A stretch of DNA of 64,000 bases. Source: Pristiophorus japonicus (lineage: Eukaryota). The translations under genes were made by a program, and so were the position numbers. Where the stretch lies: positions 195,300,001 through 195,364,000 of the forward strand of contig NC_091984.1 of assembly GCF_044704955.1 (NCBI RefSeq), written 5' to 3'. The notes below the pieces were generated by a model. That model was not told the origin of the DNA. It saw nothing but the letters and a program-made list of their open reading frames with translations, and did no database searches. Position 1 is the first letter of the stretch. Each line of letters begins with the position of its first letter. Shown one piece after another: positions 35,286 through 48,214 of the stretch.

Positions 35286-38200
35286 ATGCAAAGAACAGTC
35301 GGTATCCTGGAGAAGTTGTCAGAAGGGGACGATTGGGAGGCCTTCGTGGAGAGACTCAACCAATGCTTCGTGGCCAGCGAGCTGAAAGGGGATGTGAACG
35401 CTACCAAATGAAGGGCGACCCTCCTTACTGTCTGTGGAGCAACAACCTATGGCCTCATGAAGAATCTCCTGGCTCCGGCAAAACCAACAGAGAAATCCTA
35501 CGAAGAATTGTGTACGCTGGTCCGGGAGCACCTAAGTCCTAAGGAAAGCGTTTTGATGGCGAGATATCGGTTCGACATGTGTCAACGATCGGAGGGCCAG
35601 GAAGTGGCAAACTATGTCGCTGAACTAAGGCACCTTGCAGGACATTGTGAGTTTGAGGGATTCCGGCTGCTGCTGCCCAACCTCAGTTGACCCAGAGTCC
35701 GCCATCAATTGTTAATGAGAGGCAGTTAACACCTTGTTGGCGTTGTGGAGGTGATCTTTGGCCCCATCAATGCCGCTTCAAGAACTATGCGTGCAACGGA
35801 TGCAGAACAATGGGACACCTCCAGCGACTGTGCAGGCGAGCTGCAAACCCTGCAAAACACCACGTTGCAGAGGAAGATCGATCCACTGTGGATCAGGCTG
35901 AATTAGAGACTCGTACCGAGGAGGCAGAAGTGTACGGGGTGCACACATTCACTACGAAATGTCCACCAATAAAGTTGAAAGATGAACTGAATGGTATTCA
36001 GTATCTATGGAACTGGACATGGGTGCAAGTCAGTCCAAAATGAGTAAAAAGGCTTTCGACAGGCTGTGGGGCAAAAAGGCACACAGGCCCAAGCTCAGCC
36101 CCATTCACATCAAACTAAGGACTTACACCAAGGAACTAATCCTTGTAATTGGCAGTGCAGAAGTCAAAGTCTCCTATGACGGATTGTGCCAGGGGATGGT
36201 CCCACATTGTTTGGCAGAAGCTGGCTGGGAAAAATTGTTGGAACTGGGACGACATCCAAGCGCTTTCGTCTGTCGACGACGCCTCATGTGCCAAGGTTCT
36301 GAGCAAGTTCCCATCGTTGTTCTAGCCAGGCATTGGAAGCTTCTCAGAGGCGAAAGTGCAGATCCATTTGGGTCCCGGCACGCGACCCATCCACCACAAG
36401 GCACGGGCAGCACCGTACATGACAGGTGAAAAAGTGGAAATTGAGCTGGATAGGCTGCAGCGAGAAGCCATCATCGTGCCGGTGGAATTCAACAACTGGG
36501 CTAGTCCGATTGTCCCAGTACTTAAAGAGGACAGCACGGTTAGAATTTGTGGGAACTATAAAGTAACGTTTTTCGCTGCAGGACCAGTACCCGCTACCCA
36601 AGGCAGACGACCTATTTGCGACCCTGGCTGGAGGGAAGACGTTCACCAAGCTGGACCTGACCTCGGCCTACATGATGCAGGAGTTGGAGGAGTCTTCGAA
36701 AGGCCTCACCTGCATCAACACGCACAAAGGTCTGGTTATCTATAACCGATGCCCGTTCGTGATTCGGTCAGCCGTGGCTATCTTCCAGTGGAACATGGAG
36801 AGCCTGCTAAAGTCGGTTCCTTGCACCGTGGTTTTCCAGGACGATATACTGGTTACAGATAGGGACACCATTGAGCACTTGAAGAATCTGGAAGAGGTTG
36901 TCAGTCGATTAGATCGCATGGGGCTCAGGTTGAAATGTTGAAGTATGTTTTTCTGGCGCAGGACGTTGAGTTCTTGGGAAGAAGAATCGCAGCAGATGGC
37001 ATCAGACCCACCGATGCCAACACGGAGGCCATCAAGAATGCGCCGAGACCACAGAACGTGATGGAGCTGCGGTCATTCCTGGGACTCCTTAACTATTTCG
37101 ATCATTTCCTACCTGGGTTAAGCACCCTGCTAGAACACCTACATGCGCTACTGTACAAGGGAGACAACTGGGTATGGGGTAATTCACAAGAGGCTGCCTT
37201 TAAGAAAGCCAGAAATCTGTTGTGTTCAAACAAACTGCTTGTCTTGTATAATCCTTGTAAACGGTTAGAGCTCGCTTGCGATGTGTCATCATATGGGGTC
37301 GGGTGTGTGTTACAACAGGCTAACAAATCGGGGATCTTGCAACGGGTCGCTTATGCGTCCAGGAGTTTGTCCAGGGCCGAAAGGGCCGACAGCATGATTG
37401 AAAAAGAGGCTCTGGCGTGAGTTTACGGGGTGAAAAAAATGCACCAGTACTTATTTGGCCTCAAGTTTGAGCTTGAAACTGACCACAAGCCGCTCATATC
37501 ACTGTTCAGCATTCAGGAAGGAGAGACAGGAACGAAAAGGAGGTGGGTAGCATTGCTGGTTAAAGAGGAAATTAACGCAATAGTAAGGAAGGACATTTGC
37601 TTGGATGATGTGGAATCTGTATGGGTGGAGCTGCCGAATACCAAGGGGCAGAAAACGCTGGTGGGAATTGTGTACAGACCACCAAGCAGTAGTAGTGAGG
37701 TTGGGGACAGCATCAAACAAGAAATTAGGGAGGCGTGCAATAAAGGTACAGCAGTTATCATGGACGACTTTAATCTACATATAGATTGGGCTAACCAAAC
37801 TGGTAGCAATGCGGTGGAGGAGGATTTCCTGGAGTGTATTAGGGATGATTTTCTAGACCAATATGTCGAGGAACCAACCAGGGAGCTGGCCATCCTAGAC
37901 TGGGTGATGTGTAATGAGAAAGGACTAATTAGCAATCTTGTTGTGCGAGACACGTGGGGGAAGAGTGACCAAAATATGGTGGAATTCTTTATTAAGATGG
38001 AGAGTGACACAGTTAATTCAGAGACTAGGGTCCTGAACTTAACGAAAGGTAACTTCGATGGTATGAGACATGAAATGGCTAGAATAGACTGGCAAATGAT
38101 ACTTAAAGGGTTGACGGTGGATAGGCAATGGCAAATATTTAAGGATCACATGGATGAGCTTCAATGTTTGGAGTAACAATAAAATGGGGAAGGTGGCTCA

Positions 38201-41200
38201 ACCGTGGCTAACAAGGGAAATTAAGGATAGTGTTAATTCCAAGGAGAAATTTAGAATTCAGCAGAGGAGGACAAAGGGTTTAATTAGGAGGGGGGGGGGG
38301 GGAAAGAGTATGAGAGGAAGCTTGCCGGGAACTGACTGCAAAAGCTTCTATAGATATGTGAAGAGAAAAAGATTAGTGAAGGCAAACGTAGGTTCCTTGC
38401 ACTCAGATTCAGGTGAAATTATAATGGGGAACAAAGAAATGGCAGACGAGGTGAACAAATACTTTGGTTCTCTCTTCACAAAGGAAGACAAAATTGCCTT
38501 CCGGAAGTACTAGAGGACCAAGGGTCAAGTGAGAAAGAGGAACTGAAGGATATCCTTATTAGGCGGGAAATTCTGTGAGGGAAATTAATGGGATTGAAGA
38601 CCGATAAATCCCCGGGGCCTGATAGTCTGCATCCCAGAATACTTAAGGAAGTGGCCCTAGAAATAGTGGATGCATTGATGATCATTTTCCAACAGTCTAT
38701 CGACTCTGGATCAGTCCCTTGGACTGGAGGGTAGCAAATGTAACATCACTTTTTAAAGAAGGAGGGAGAGAGGAAACAAGTAATTATAGACCGGTTAGGC
38801 TGACATCGGTAGTGGGGAAAATGTTGGAATCAATTATTAAAGATGAAATAGCAGCACATTTGGAAAGCAGTGACAGGATCGGTCCAAGTCAGCATAGATT
38901 TATGAAAGAGAAATCATGCGTGACAAATCTTCGAGAATTTTTTGAGGATGTAACTAGTAGAGTGTTCCCAAGGGAGAACCAGTGGATGTGGTGTGATTGC
39001 ACTTTCAAAAGGCTTTTGACAAGGTGTCACACAAGAGATTAAAGCACATGGTATTGGTGGTAATGTACTGACGTAGATAGAGAACTGGTTGGCAGACAGG
39101 AAGCAGAGAGTTAGAATAAACGGATCCTTTTCAGAATGGCAGGCAGTGACTAGTAGGGTGCCGCAGGGCTCAGTGCTGGGACCCAACTATTTACAATATA
39201 CATTAATGATTTAGATGAAGGAATTGAGTGTAATATCTCCAAGTTTGCAGGTGACACTAAACGGGGTGGCGGTGTGAGCTGTGAGGAGGATGCTAAGAGG
39301 CTGCAGGGTGACTTTGACAGGTTAGGTGAGTGGGCAAATGCATGGCAGATGCAGTATAAAATGAATAAATGTGAGGTTATCCACTTTGGGGTCAAAAACA
39401 CGAAGGCAGAATATTATCAGAATGGCGGCAGATTAGGAAAAGGGGAGGTGCAACGAGACCTGGGTGTCATGGTACATCAGTCATTGAAAGTTGGCATGCA
39501 GGTACAGCAGGCGGTGAAGAAGGCAAATGGTATGCTGGCCTTCATAGCTAGGGGATTTGAGTATAGGAGCAGGGAGGTCTTACTACAGTTGTACAGGGCC
39601 TTGGTGAGGCCTCACCTAGAATATTGTGTTCAGTTTTGGTCTCCTAATCTGAGTAAGGACGTTCTTGCTATTGAGGGAGTGCAGCGAAGGTTCACCAGAC
39701 TGATTCCTGGGATGGCTGGACTGACATATGAGGAGAGACTGGATCGACTGGGCCTGCATTCACTGGAGTTTAGAAGAATGTGAGGGGATCTCATAGAAAC
39801 ATATAAAATTCTGATGGGACTGGACAGGTTAGATGCAGAAAGAATGTTTCCGATGTTGGGAAAATCCAGAACCAGGGGACACAGTCTAAGGATAAGGGGT
39901 AAGCCATTTAGGACTGAGATAAGGAGAAACTTCTTCACTCAGAGTTGGTAACCTGTGGAATACCCTATCGCAGAGAGTTGTTGATGCCAGTTCATTGGAT
40001 ATATTCAAGAGGGAGTTAGATATGGCCCTTACAGTTAAATGGATGGTATGGAGAGAAAGCTGGAAAGGGGTACTGAGGTGATGGATCAGCCATGATCTTA
40101 TTGAATGGTGGTGCAGGCTCGAAGGGCCGAATGGCCTTCTCCTGCACCTTTTTTCTATGTTTCTATGTTTCTCTGAGAGCAAAGGGATTAATACCAATGC
40201 TCTGCCCACATCCAAAGATGGGTGCTCAAGCTGTCGGCATACAACTATGTAATCCACCACAGAGCACAGAGAACTGCGCAGATGCTCTCAGTCAGCTGCT
40301 TTTGCCCACCACCGGGGCCGAAATGGCACAGCCAGCGGACTTGCTCATGGTCATGGTGGCATTCGAGAACGAGATGTCCCCCGTTACAGCCCGCCAGATC
40401 AGAACCTGGACCAGGCAGGATCCTTTACTGTCCTTGGTAAAAAACCTGTGCCCTCCATGGGAGCTGGTCCGGTGTCCCAGTGGAGATGCAGGAGGTGATT
40501 TAGCTGTTCCACAGACACAAAGACGAGTTGTCCCTGCAGGCGGACTGTTTATTGTGGGACAATCGCGTAGTCTTTTCCAAGAAAGGCAGAGATACATACA
40601 TACGTGAGCTGCACAGCACCCACCCAGGCATTGTAATGATGAAAGCCATAGCCAGATCCATGTGTGGTGGCCTGACATTGACTCAGATTTAGAGTCATGC
40701 GTGCGCCAGTGCAACACTTGTTCTCAGCTGAGCAATGAACCAGAGAAGCACCGCTATGTTTGTGGTCATGGTCCTGCAAACCGTGGTCGAGTATCCACGT
40801 GGACTATGCGAGCCCATTTCTAGGCAAAATGTTTTTGGTTGTCGTGAACGCTTACTCAAAATGGATTGAATGTTCAATGTCTGTAAGCACGTCCACGGCC
40901 ACTATTGAAAGCCTATGATCCATGTTTGCCACCCGGCTTGCCTGATGTCCTAGTCAGCGACAATGGGCCGTGCTTCACCAGTGCTGAAGTCAAGGAATTC
41001 ATGACCCGCAATGGTATCAAACACGTCACATCTGCCCCGTTCAAGCCCGCATCCAACGGTCAGGCAGAACGGGCAGTTCACACCATCAAGCAAAGCTTGA
41101 CATGAGTGTCAGAAGGCTCCCTGCAGACCCAGCTGTCCCGAGTGCTGCTCAGCTACCGCACCAGACTCCACTCACTCACCGGGGTTCCCCAGCCGAGCTG

Positions 41201-41742
41201 CTCATTAAAAGGGCACTAAAAACAAGGCTCACTCTTGTCCACCCTGATCTCCATGATCATGTGGAGGGCAAACGGCAACAAAGTGTGTACCATGAACATG
41301 CAAATTTGTCACGTGATATTGAAATCAATGATCCTGTGTTTGTGCTCAATTATGGACATGTCCCAAATGGCTCACTGGCACGGTCACAGCCAAAGAGAGG
41401 AGTAGGGTGATTCAGGTCAAATTGGCCAATGGACAAATGTACAGAAAACATTTGGACCAAATCAAATTGTGGTTCATCAACAGCTACGAACAACCCGAAG
41501 AAGACACCACCAACTTTGACCTTCCAACACACACACAAGTGGCAACTGACATCATGGTTGACCACGAAGCTGAACTCATCATCCCTAGCAGCCCGACAAG
41601 GCCGGCTGCCCAACAGCCCAGTGAAGAACTGACCAACTCACCCACACCCGCATTTGTACTGAGACGATCGACAAGGGAGCGAAAAGCCCCAGATCGTCTC
41701 ACCTTTTTAAATAAGTGTACTGTTGACTTCACGGGGGAGTGA
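35286..41742 (+). pseudogene. Gypsy gag-pol, frameshifted
   Basis: Gag GDDWEAFVERL; zinc knuckles CWRCGG..C and CNGC...GHLQRLC; protease LDMGAS; RT FQDD; RNase H ACDVSSYGVG; integrase SDNGPCF, SNGQAER. Confidence 0.9.
37508..40171 (+). mobile_element. CR1 LINE (endonuclease + RT, decayed) inserted in Gypsy RNase H
   Basis: Interrupts Gypsy DHKPLISLF|SESKGINTNA; (TTTCTATG)n tail. Confidence 0.95.
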
Positions 41743-42158
41743 TGTTATATATTTAACCCCTTGTAACCTGTATGACATCTGACCACCAGAGGGCCCACCT
41801 GTTGGAGTCCCAAGGGATCCCAGCATCCCTTGGGAGCACGGTATATAAGCAGGTCACCCACGAGGTACCGGCACTCTGGAATCTTATTAAAGGAGCTAAA
41901 GTCACACTTGCTCATTGTACACAGTACTCAGTTTCATCCTTTATTATGAGTGTACCACAAACCACGATTCCTGTGTTTGCACCAAACATACTGAGCCTGC
42001 CAGCTGTGGCATAAATCACTCAGACCATATTTTCCTGGAATTTTTGCGCCATGATAATGGCACGTGCTGGTAGTGTTCCATTACTGTGGTACACATTTTC
42101 AGAAAATACCGGTACCTAAAAATAAATGGATGAAAATCTTGAAATTTGTGGAACTAAT

Positions 42159-42875
42159 GGGGGCGAAATTGCCCCTTTTTCAGAGCCTCCGGGGGCACTA
42201 ATCGGGCACAAGACATTTTAATCCTGGGGAGGGGGGACGTTACCGGCTCCCGGGAAATTGCCCTGGAGTTTGTGGAGGTGTGGTTACAGCAGCGCCGCGC
42301 CCCACAGGTAGCGCCCGAGGCAACCGCACAATGACCCCTCAGCGCCGTGCGCCAATCCCTTACCGATTTCCCCCGCGGCCCGCGAGACTGGCATGAGCGG
42401 ATGTCAACGCCAGCTTTGTGGGTCACGAAGCTGGCCGACATCCGCTCATGGGATGGAAGTTAAAGGGGAGGTCATCAGCTCGCCGCCACCTTGCGTTTTT
42501 GCCGACTCTCATTTCGGCATCTCTATGTGCATTTTAGCGTGATCCTGGGCCGTTATCGTGCAGCCCAGCACTCTGTACCATGCTGCCCTGGTGGTGTACT
42601 GGAGGTACATGTAGTGCGCAGCGGCCCTCCCCTTTAAGCGAAGGGGAGAGGCATTGAAGCGTGTCAGCGCGACATGGAGCATCCAAGTAGCGCTGCGCTA
42701 CTCACCCCAGGTCACGCCCCTAATGGAAGTGGAGTGCGCGAGATTGCGCTCCACTACCTTTGAGGGGCGGTAAGCCCAATTCAGCGGCCGGGGTGGGACT
42801 TCTGTACCGGGAGCAGGAAGTCTCGGCCCCAGCAAGTTATCGCCCCCAATCAGGGCGCAGGGTAATTTCACCCCC
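42159..42875. mobile_element. Harbinger-type MITE
   Basis: TIRs GGGGGCGAAATTGCCC / rc GGGGGTGAAATTACCC; TSD AAT/AAT. Confidence 0.9.
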
Positions 42876-42969
42876 AATAAATTTTTAAAAACTGAACATT
42901 TCTAAAAGTAGATGAGGAGGATAATAATTCTGAACTACTACTGAAATCACAATGTAGAGAAAATGGTGC

Positions 42970-43420
42970 TTAAAGGGACGACAGGAGGCTCCTCTGGAAC
43001 AGTGAACTGGGGCCAGCAGGAGCAGGAATGCTTTTCCTGATCCTGCCAAAAATCATCCTACCCACTGCCGGTCCCTTCGCAGTCTGTTCCCCCCACCGCC
43101 ATCCAACCCACCCACTATTAACTCCATCCCCCCCACCCTGCCCCCAAGAAATCACCCTGCCGGCTTGGCTCCATGGAGGGGCTGACAGATTTCCTGTGCG
43201 CCCTCCACCTCCTCCACCAGCGCCCCCCCCACCTCCCCTCGCCCTCCCCGATTGGCGAGCTGTCTGCGGGCATACATTTAGCATTGGCAGCTCACAAGGT
43301 TTTTTATTAGGAGGCCCAATCACCAAAATAGGTTGGATGTCCTGCCAGCGACATCAGGCAGGTGGCGTGACAGCTCCGCCCACTGCCAGCCCCCATTGGC
43401 TTCAACTCAAAATCTGAACT
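42970..43420. mobile_element. Probable MITE fragment (one end)
   Basis: GC-rich island starting at a TTAAAGGGA motif; TIR-like end is degenerate. Confidence 0.45.
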
Positions 43421-44745
43421 GGAAAGCTAACAAATATAGAAAACAAATGATTGCACGTATCATAGCGAATCCACTGAGGAGCTGGAGCGTGCTCAGTGTT
43501 CCAACATGTTTTCAGGATTCCAAAAATAAAATCAAAAACCACACAAACTTTGCTGCTGCAGCTAATGGCTTGTTTTGATGCTTCAGTAACTTACCGTCTT
43601 GTAATGGATTCCTACTGCCAGTTATTTGGTGTGTAAGCTACTTCCAAACCATTCTGTTTTTACAGTGCAAATTGGTCCAAAGTTATTCAAATAACCAGAT
43701 TGTTTTTGGGATCGAGGGAAATGTACACGTTAAGTATATTTTAGACTCAAAGTTGTGCAATTAAATTATAATTTTCAACTTTCTGTCACAGTCAAAGTGA
43801 GTAAATACTTGGCTTATTTTTTGCAAGACTGCCTCATTGCTGACAGTCTTGTCCCTAGCACCTGGGGGTTAAATTGTATAACACCCAAATACAGGCATGG
43901 TCATTGCGATGTGTGATTAACCCATGCTCATTGACTGCAATGCAGGCAGCACGCCAACTTCTTGCTGACTGTTCATTTAAATGATTTCTGCGTCCAGCCA
44001 GCACTAACCACGCTGTTCATTGGCCTGGCACCTCAGCAGGGGGCCAATATCGTGAGAGGCCAGCACCAGTTTAAAGCTAACCTGCACCTCTTAAAGGGCT
44101 CATGCATTGTGGCTGGAGCAGGTGCTGGGAGGTGTGGTTGAAGAGATTCTGTCCTGGGAACAAGCGAGGAATGGCACGTGGGAGAGAGCGGGAACCAAGG
44201 TTTTCATGCACTGCACTGGTGGTTTTGGTGGAGAAAGTGGAAAGGAGGAGAGATGTCCTTTGTCGGCAAGGGGGGAACGAGGCCCTCCAGTCACACGATC
44301 AAAAGGCAATGGGAGCAAATAGCCATGGAGGTCAATGTCAGGAGTCAAGCACCGAGGATTTAGATGCAGTCAAGGTCAGTAAATGCATATTCAAATGCCA
44401 CATCCTACCAACTGCACCAGTAGCCTCAGCCACTGCTCAAATCACCACGCCCCCATCATTCACCAACCAACAATCACTGTCAATCAGGACACATACCTAA
44501 CATTCTTATGCTTCACCTCAGCCTTACACACTTACTACTGTTGCAAGCCTCACTCCCACATCACACAGCTTGCACACACCGCTAGCTTTTCAACCATGAG
44601 AACCACATCTGCCAAACAGATCGCACAACACTCACTGACACATTTGCTTCTCTCTTGCAACACAAGGTGGTGCACAACCGGAGGCAGCAGGAGCTAACCA
44701 GAAGGGAACAGACGCGCCTGCATGTCTTAACCCCCATGGAAGAGA

Positions 44746-45120
44746 TGTGATGTGATGCAATCGGGGCCCAGGAGAGGTGTGAGTTTGAGACCCAGAAGAG
44801 GCGAGGGCCCAGGGGCAGCACAGGCCAGCCCACACTGCAATATGTGTGCGCACTCGGTCTGTGTGGCAGAGCTGGTCCCCAGTCATCTTGGTTAATCCTT
44901 GTCACTGGACCAAGACCTAGCTCTGACAAGCCCATATGGTGGCTGGTGTGCAACGGCCACCACACGTTAAAAAAATTCATGCAAAGGCATCTTCCACCCT
45001 TCAGTGTGCAGTTTGGGACCTAGACTATTAGGTCCTTCATTGAAACACCTATGAACTCATCCCTTTTTGGCATGAAAGCAAGTCATCCTCGATTCGAGGG
45101 ACTGCCAAAGAAGAAGATAA
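44746..45120 (+). mobile_element. Short retroposon-like insert in Myb exon 2 (possibly RTE-tailed)
   Basis: Exon reads PMEE|..|EMVPAIIG across it; GAGATG at both junctions; ends CCTCGATTCGAGGGACTGCC + (AAG)n. Confidence 0.55.
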
Positions 45121-45348
45121 AGGAGGAGATGGTGCCGGCCATTATTGGGATGGCCATTGCTGGGGCTGAGGCCAGCAGCAGGGCTGAAACCAACAAAGAT
45201 GACAGTATCCTCATACCTAATCCTCCCTTTCACGTCCTACTTCCCCCTCATCCTACACTCTCTTTTGATTTACAAGCTGCAGATGGTGTAAGCATGCATC
45301 TCTTAGATATGCCCCCGCTCCGCACCACAACCTTTTTTCCTTGCAAAT

Positions 45349-45600
45349 ACCCAAGATGTCCAACCTGGCCAGACAGTTAGGGACACCAAGATGTCCAACA
45401 TGGCCAGACAGTGTTGGAATACCAAGATGTCCAACCTGGCCAGACAGTGTTGGAACACCAAGATGTCCAATCTGGCCAGACAGTGTCGGAACACCAAGAT
45501 GTCCAACCTGGCCAGACAGTGTTGGAACACCAAGATGTCCAATCTGGCCAGACAGTGTCGGAACACCAAGATGTCCAACCTGGCCAGACAGTGTCGGAAC
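45349..45600. repeat. 36-bp tandem repeat, 7 copies, no spacers
   Basis: Unit CACCAAGATGTCCAA(C/T)CTGGCCAGACAGTGT(T/C)GGAA = EHQDVQ(P/S)GQTV(L/S). Confidence 0.97.
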
Positions 45601-46216
45601 AGCAAGAAGAGAGTGATGAAGACACAGCACCACCACTTGATTTCACACTCGCAGTTACTGACATTGCGCGTGTCTTAGAACAGAGATTACAGGCAGAATC
45701 TGCACGTGGTGAGACACCGGGCACAAGTGGCAGGGTGCAAGGATAGCACAGATGTCAGCTCACCAGAGGGTAAGGTTACAGATGGATTCCGTTGTAGAGC
45801 ACTCAGATGAGGACATTAATCGGGCAGTCTACAGAAGAACGCTGATGGGTATGCACAATGAAATGCTTGGTGGATTGGGAAGTCTGCCAGAAAGTCTGCG
45901 GCTAATGTCAAGGAGCATGAAGGAGTCCAGCACTAACTCAGCACAGGGCTTTGCACAGAGCTTGGAGCCCATCCTTTCTAGTGTGGAAGTGGCGGCCAAC
46001 TCCGTTTGCACACGTGGTCACAACCATGACTCAATGTCTGATTGCTGCAGTGGAAGCTCAGACTGCTGCCATTATGGCTGTGGATTACAGTGTTGAAAGG
46101 AGCTTCAGGGTGTCACAGCAGTCCAACAATCTATCCTCCAACAGATTCTTAGGATTGCTCAAGGGAGTGGCAGTTGCTTCATGGAGTACGAACCTGCTGT
46201 CCTTGCCCAGGAAGAT

Positions 46217-48185
46217 ATAGGAACATAGGAACAGGAGTATACCATTAAGCCCCTTGAGCCTGTTCTGCCATTCAATGAGATCATGGTTGATCTGCACCCT
46301 AACTCCATGTACCTGCCTTTTCCCCTTAATATCTTGGGTTAATAACAATCTATGAATCTCTGATTTAAAATTAACAATTGATCTAGCATCAATTGCTGTT
46401 TGCGGAAGAAAGTTGAAAACTTCTACCACCCTTTGTGTGTAGAAGTGTTTCCTAAATTCACTCCTGAAAGGTCTGGCTCTAATTTTTAGACTATGCCCCC
46501 TAGTCCTAGACTCCCCCACCTACGCTGCACTCCCTCCAAGGTAAATATATCCTTCCTAAGGTGTGATGCCTAGAACTGCTCACAGTACTCCAGGTGTGGT
46601 CTAACCAGGGCTTGGTATAGCTGTAGCATAACTTCTACCTGCTTATATTCTAATCCTCTAGATATAAAGGCCAGCATTCCATTAGCCTTTTTGATTATTT
46701 TCTGCGCCTGTTCACGACATTTTAATGCTCTATGTACCTGGACCTCAACTGTTTTTATCTTTTCGCCATTTAAAAAGTACCCTGTTCTACCCTTTTTAGA
46801 CCCAAAGTGGATGACCTCACATTTGCTTACATTGAAATCCATTTACCACAGTTTTGCCCATTTACTTAATCTATCGATATCCCTTTGTAATTTATTTTAC
46901 ATTGTCTACAATGCTGCCTATCTTTGTGTGATGGGCAAATTTGGATATATGGCTTTCTAAGCCATCATTTAAGTCATTAATAAATACTGTGAATAGTTGA
47001 TGCCCCAACACAGATTCTGTGGGACACCACTAATCATATCCTGCCAATTAGACTATCTGTCCATTATCCCTACTCTGTCTCCGGCATACAGCCAATTTCC
47101 TAACTAGGTCAATAATTTGCCTTCAATTCCATGAGCTTCTACCTCAGTTAACAGTCTCTTACATGGGACTTTATCAAATGCCTTCTAGAAGTGCATATAA
47201 ATAACTTCCATAGACATTCCCCTGTCCACTAATTTAGATACCTCCTCAAAAAATTCTATCAGGTTTGTCAGGAATGATTTACCTTTACAAATCCATGCTG
47301 GCTCTATCTGATCAACTGAAAATTTTAAAGTGTTCAGTCACGCTATCCTTAATGATAGACTCTCGGGGGGAGGGGGGGAAATTTCAGGTCATTTGCCTCT
47401 CCCGGGGGAGGAGCAAATGGCTCTTTGCCTGGGCGCAGTGCTGATAGCGACTCCCGCGGGGGTTTAGCAGCCCCGGGCCGCCGTGCGGCGATGACAACAT
47501 CATTACCGTACTCAGCCACCTGTTTTTGCCCCGGAGCGAAAATTCAGTAGCGCCCCATTAAGTTGCCATGGGCATTGCCCGCGACAGCTTAACGGGGCGT
47601 GTACCAGGCAAAAATTAAAGGGGAGGTACGGCATTAAAAACAAATGTCCGACTTACCGGTCATGGCCTTCATGATTGTAGATCGCGGGGTCTGTGCCGTG
47701 ATCTTGCAGCCCGGCACTCCACTTGTGTGCCAGGCTGCTGCCATGGCACCCCGCTCCCTGGTGGTCCAGCGACGGTCCCATCACCTGCAGAGTTGGTAGC
47801 TTGGCCCTCCCCTTTAATGGAAGGGGAGGGCCTTGTTTACCCACCATCGATACGCGTCCCAGCACATAGCGCTGGAAACATCGCGTCACTTTTCACCCCG
47901 GTCCCGCCCCGACAGGAACTACAGCGAGTTCCTCTCGGGGGTGATAACCCCAATATAGCTCACGGGGCGGTACTTCCATCCCTGATGCAGCCTCATGGCT
48001 GTTATCACACCTAAACGGGGAGGTACCGAATTTCGCCCCATCGCAATTTCCTGACAACAGACGTTAGGCTAACAGGTCTATACTTCCCTTGTTTCCCTCT
48101 CTCACCATTTTTAAACAGCAGAGTGACATGTGCAATTTTCTAATCTAAAGGAACAGTTCCCAAATTGAGAGAACTTTGGAAGATA
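46217..48185 (-). mobile_element. CR1 LINE fragment with internal deletions, split by a MITE
   Basis: Tail rc ATAGGAACATAGGAAC; RKHFYTQRVVEV, VRPHLEYC, KAFDKVP; resumes at 48041. Confidence 0.9.
47366..48040. mobile_element. Harbinger-type MITE
   Basis: TIRs GGGGG..GGGGAAATTTC / rc TGGGGCGAAATTCG; TSD TCG/TCG. Confidence 0.8.
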
Positions 48186-48214
48186 TCTCGTGATGGGGGC
48201 GGGGCGGTGGGGAG

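Larger units (their letters stand above)
35051..41957 (+). mobile_element. Gypsy (Mag-like) LTR retrotransposon with both LTRs and a CR1 insertion
   Basis: LTRs 35051-35252 and 41743-41957 (TG..CA); TSD CAAAC/CAAAC; PBS TGGCGACAAGG; PPT GGGGGAGTGA. Confidence 0.95.
44171..46216 (+). pseudogene. Harbinger Myb/SANT gene, disabled
   Basis: MARGREREPRFSCTALVVLVEKVERRRDVL..KRQWEQIAMEVNVRS; exon 2 KVVHNRRQQELTR..LTPMEE, interrupted at ~44746; exon 3 holds the 36-bp repeat. Confidence 0.75.

Noticed and set aside
37430-38176. RNase H-endonuclease fusion protein
   Set aside because: Chance in-frame junction of a CR1 inserted into a decayed Gypsy pol
45349-45600. 36-bp repeats as a CRISPR array
   Set aside because: Units are head-to-tail with no spacers, there are no cas genes, and the context is vertebrate
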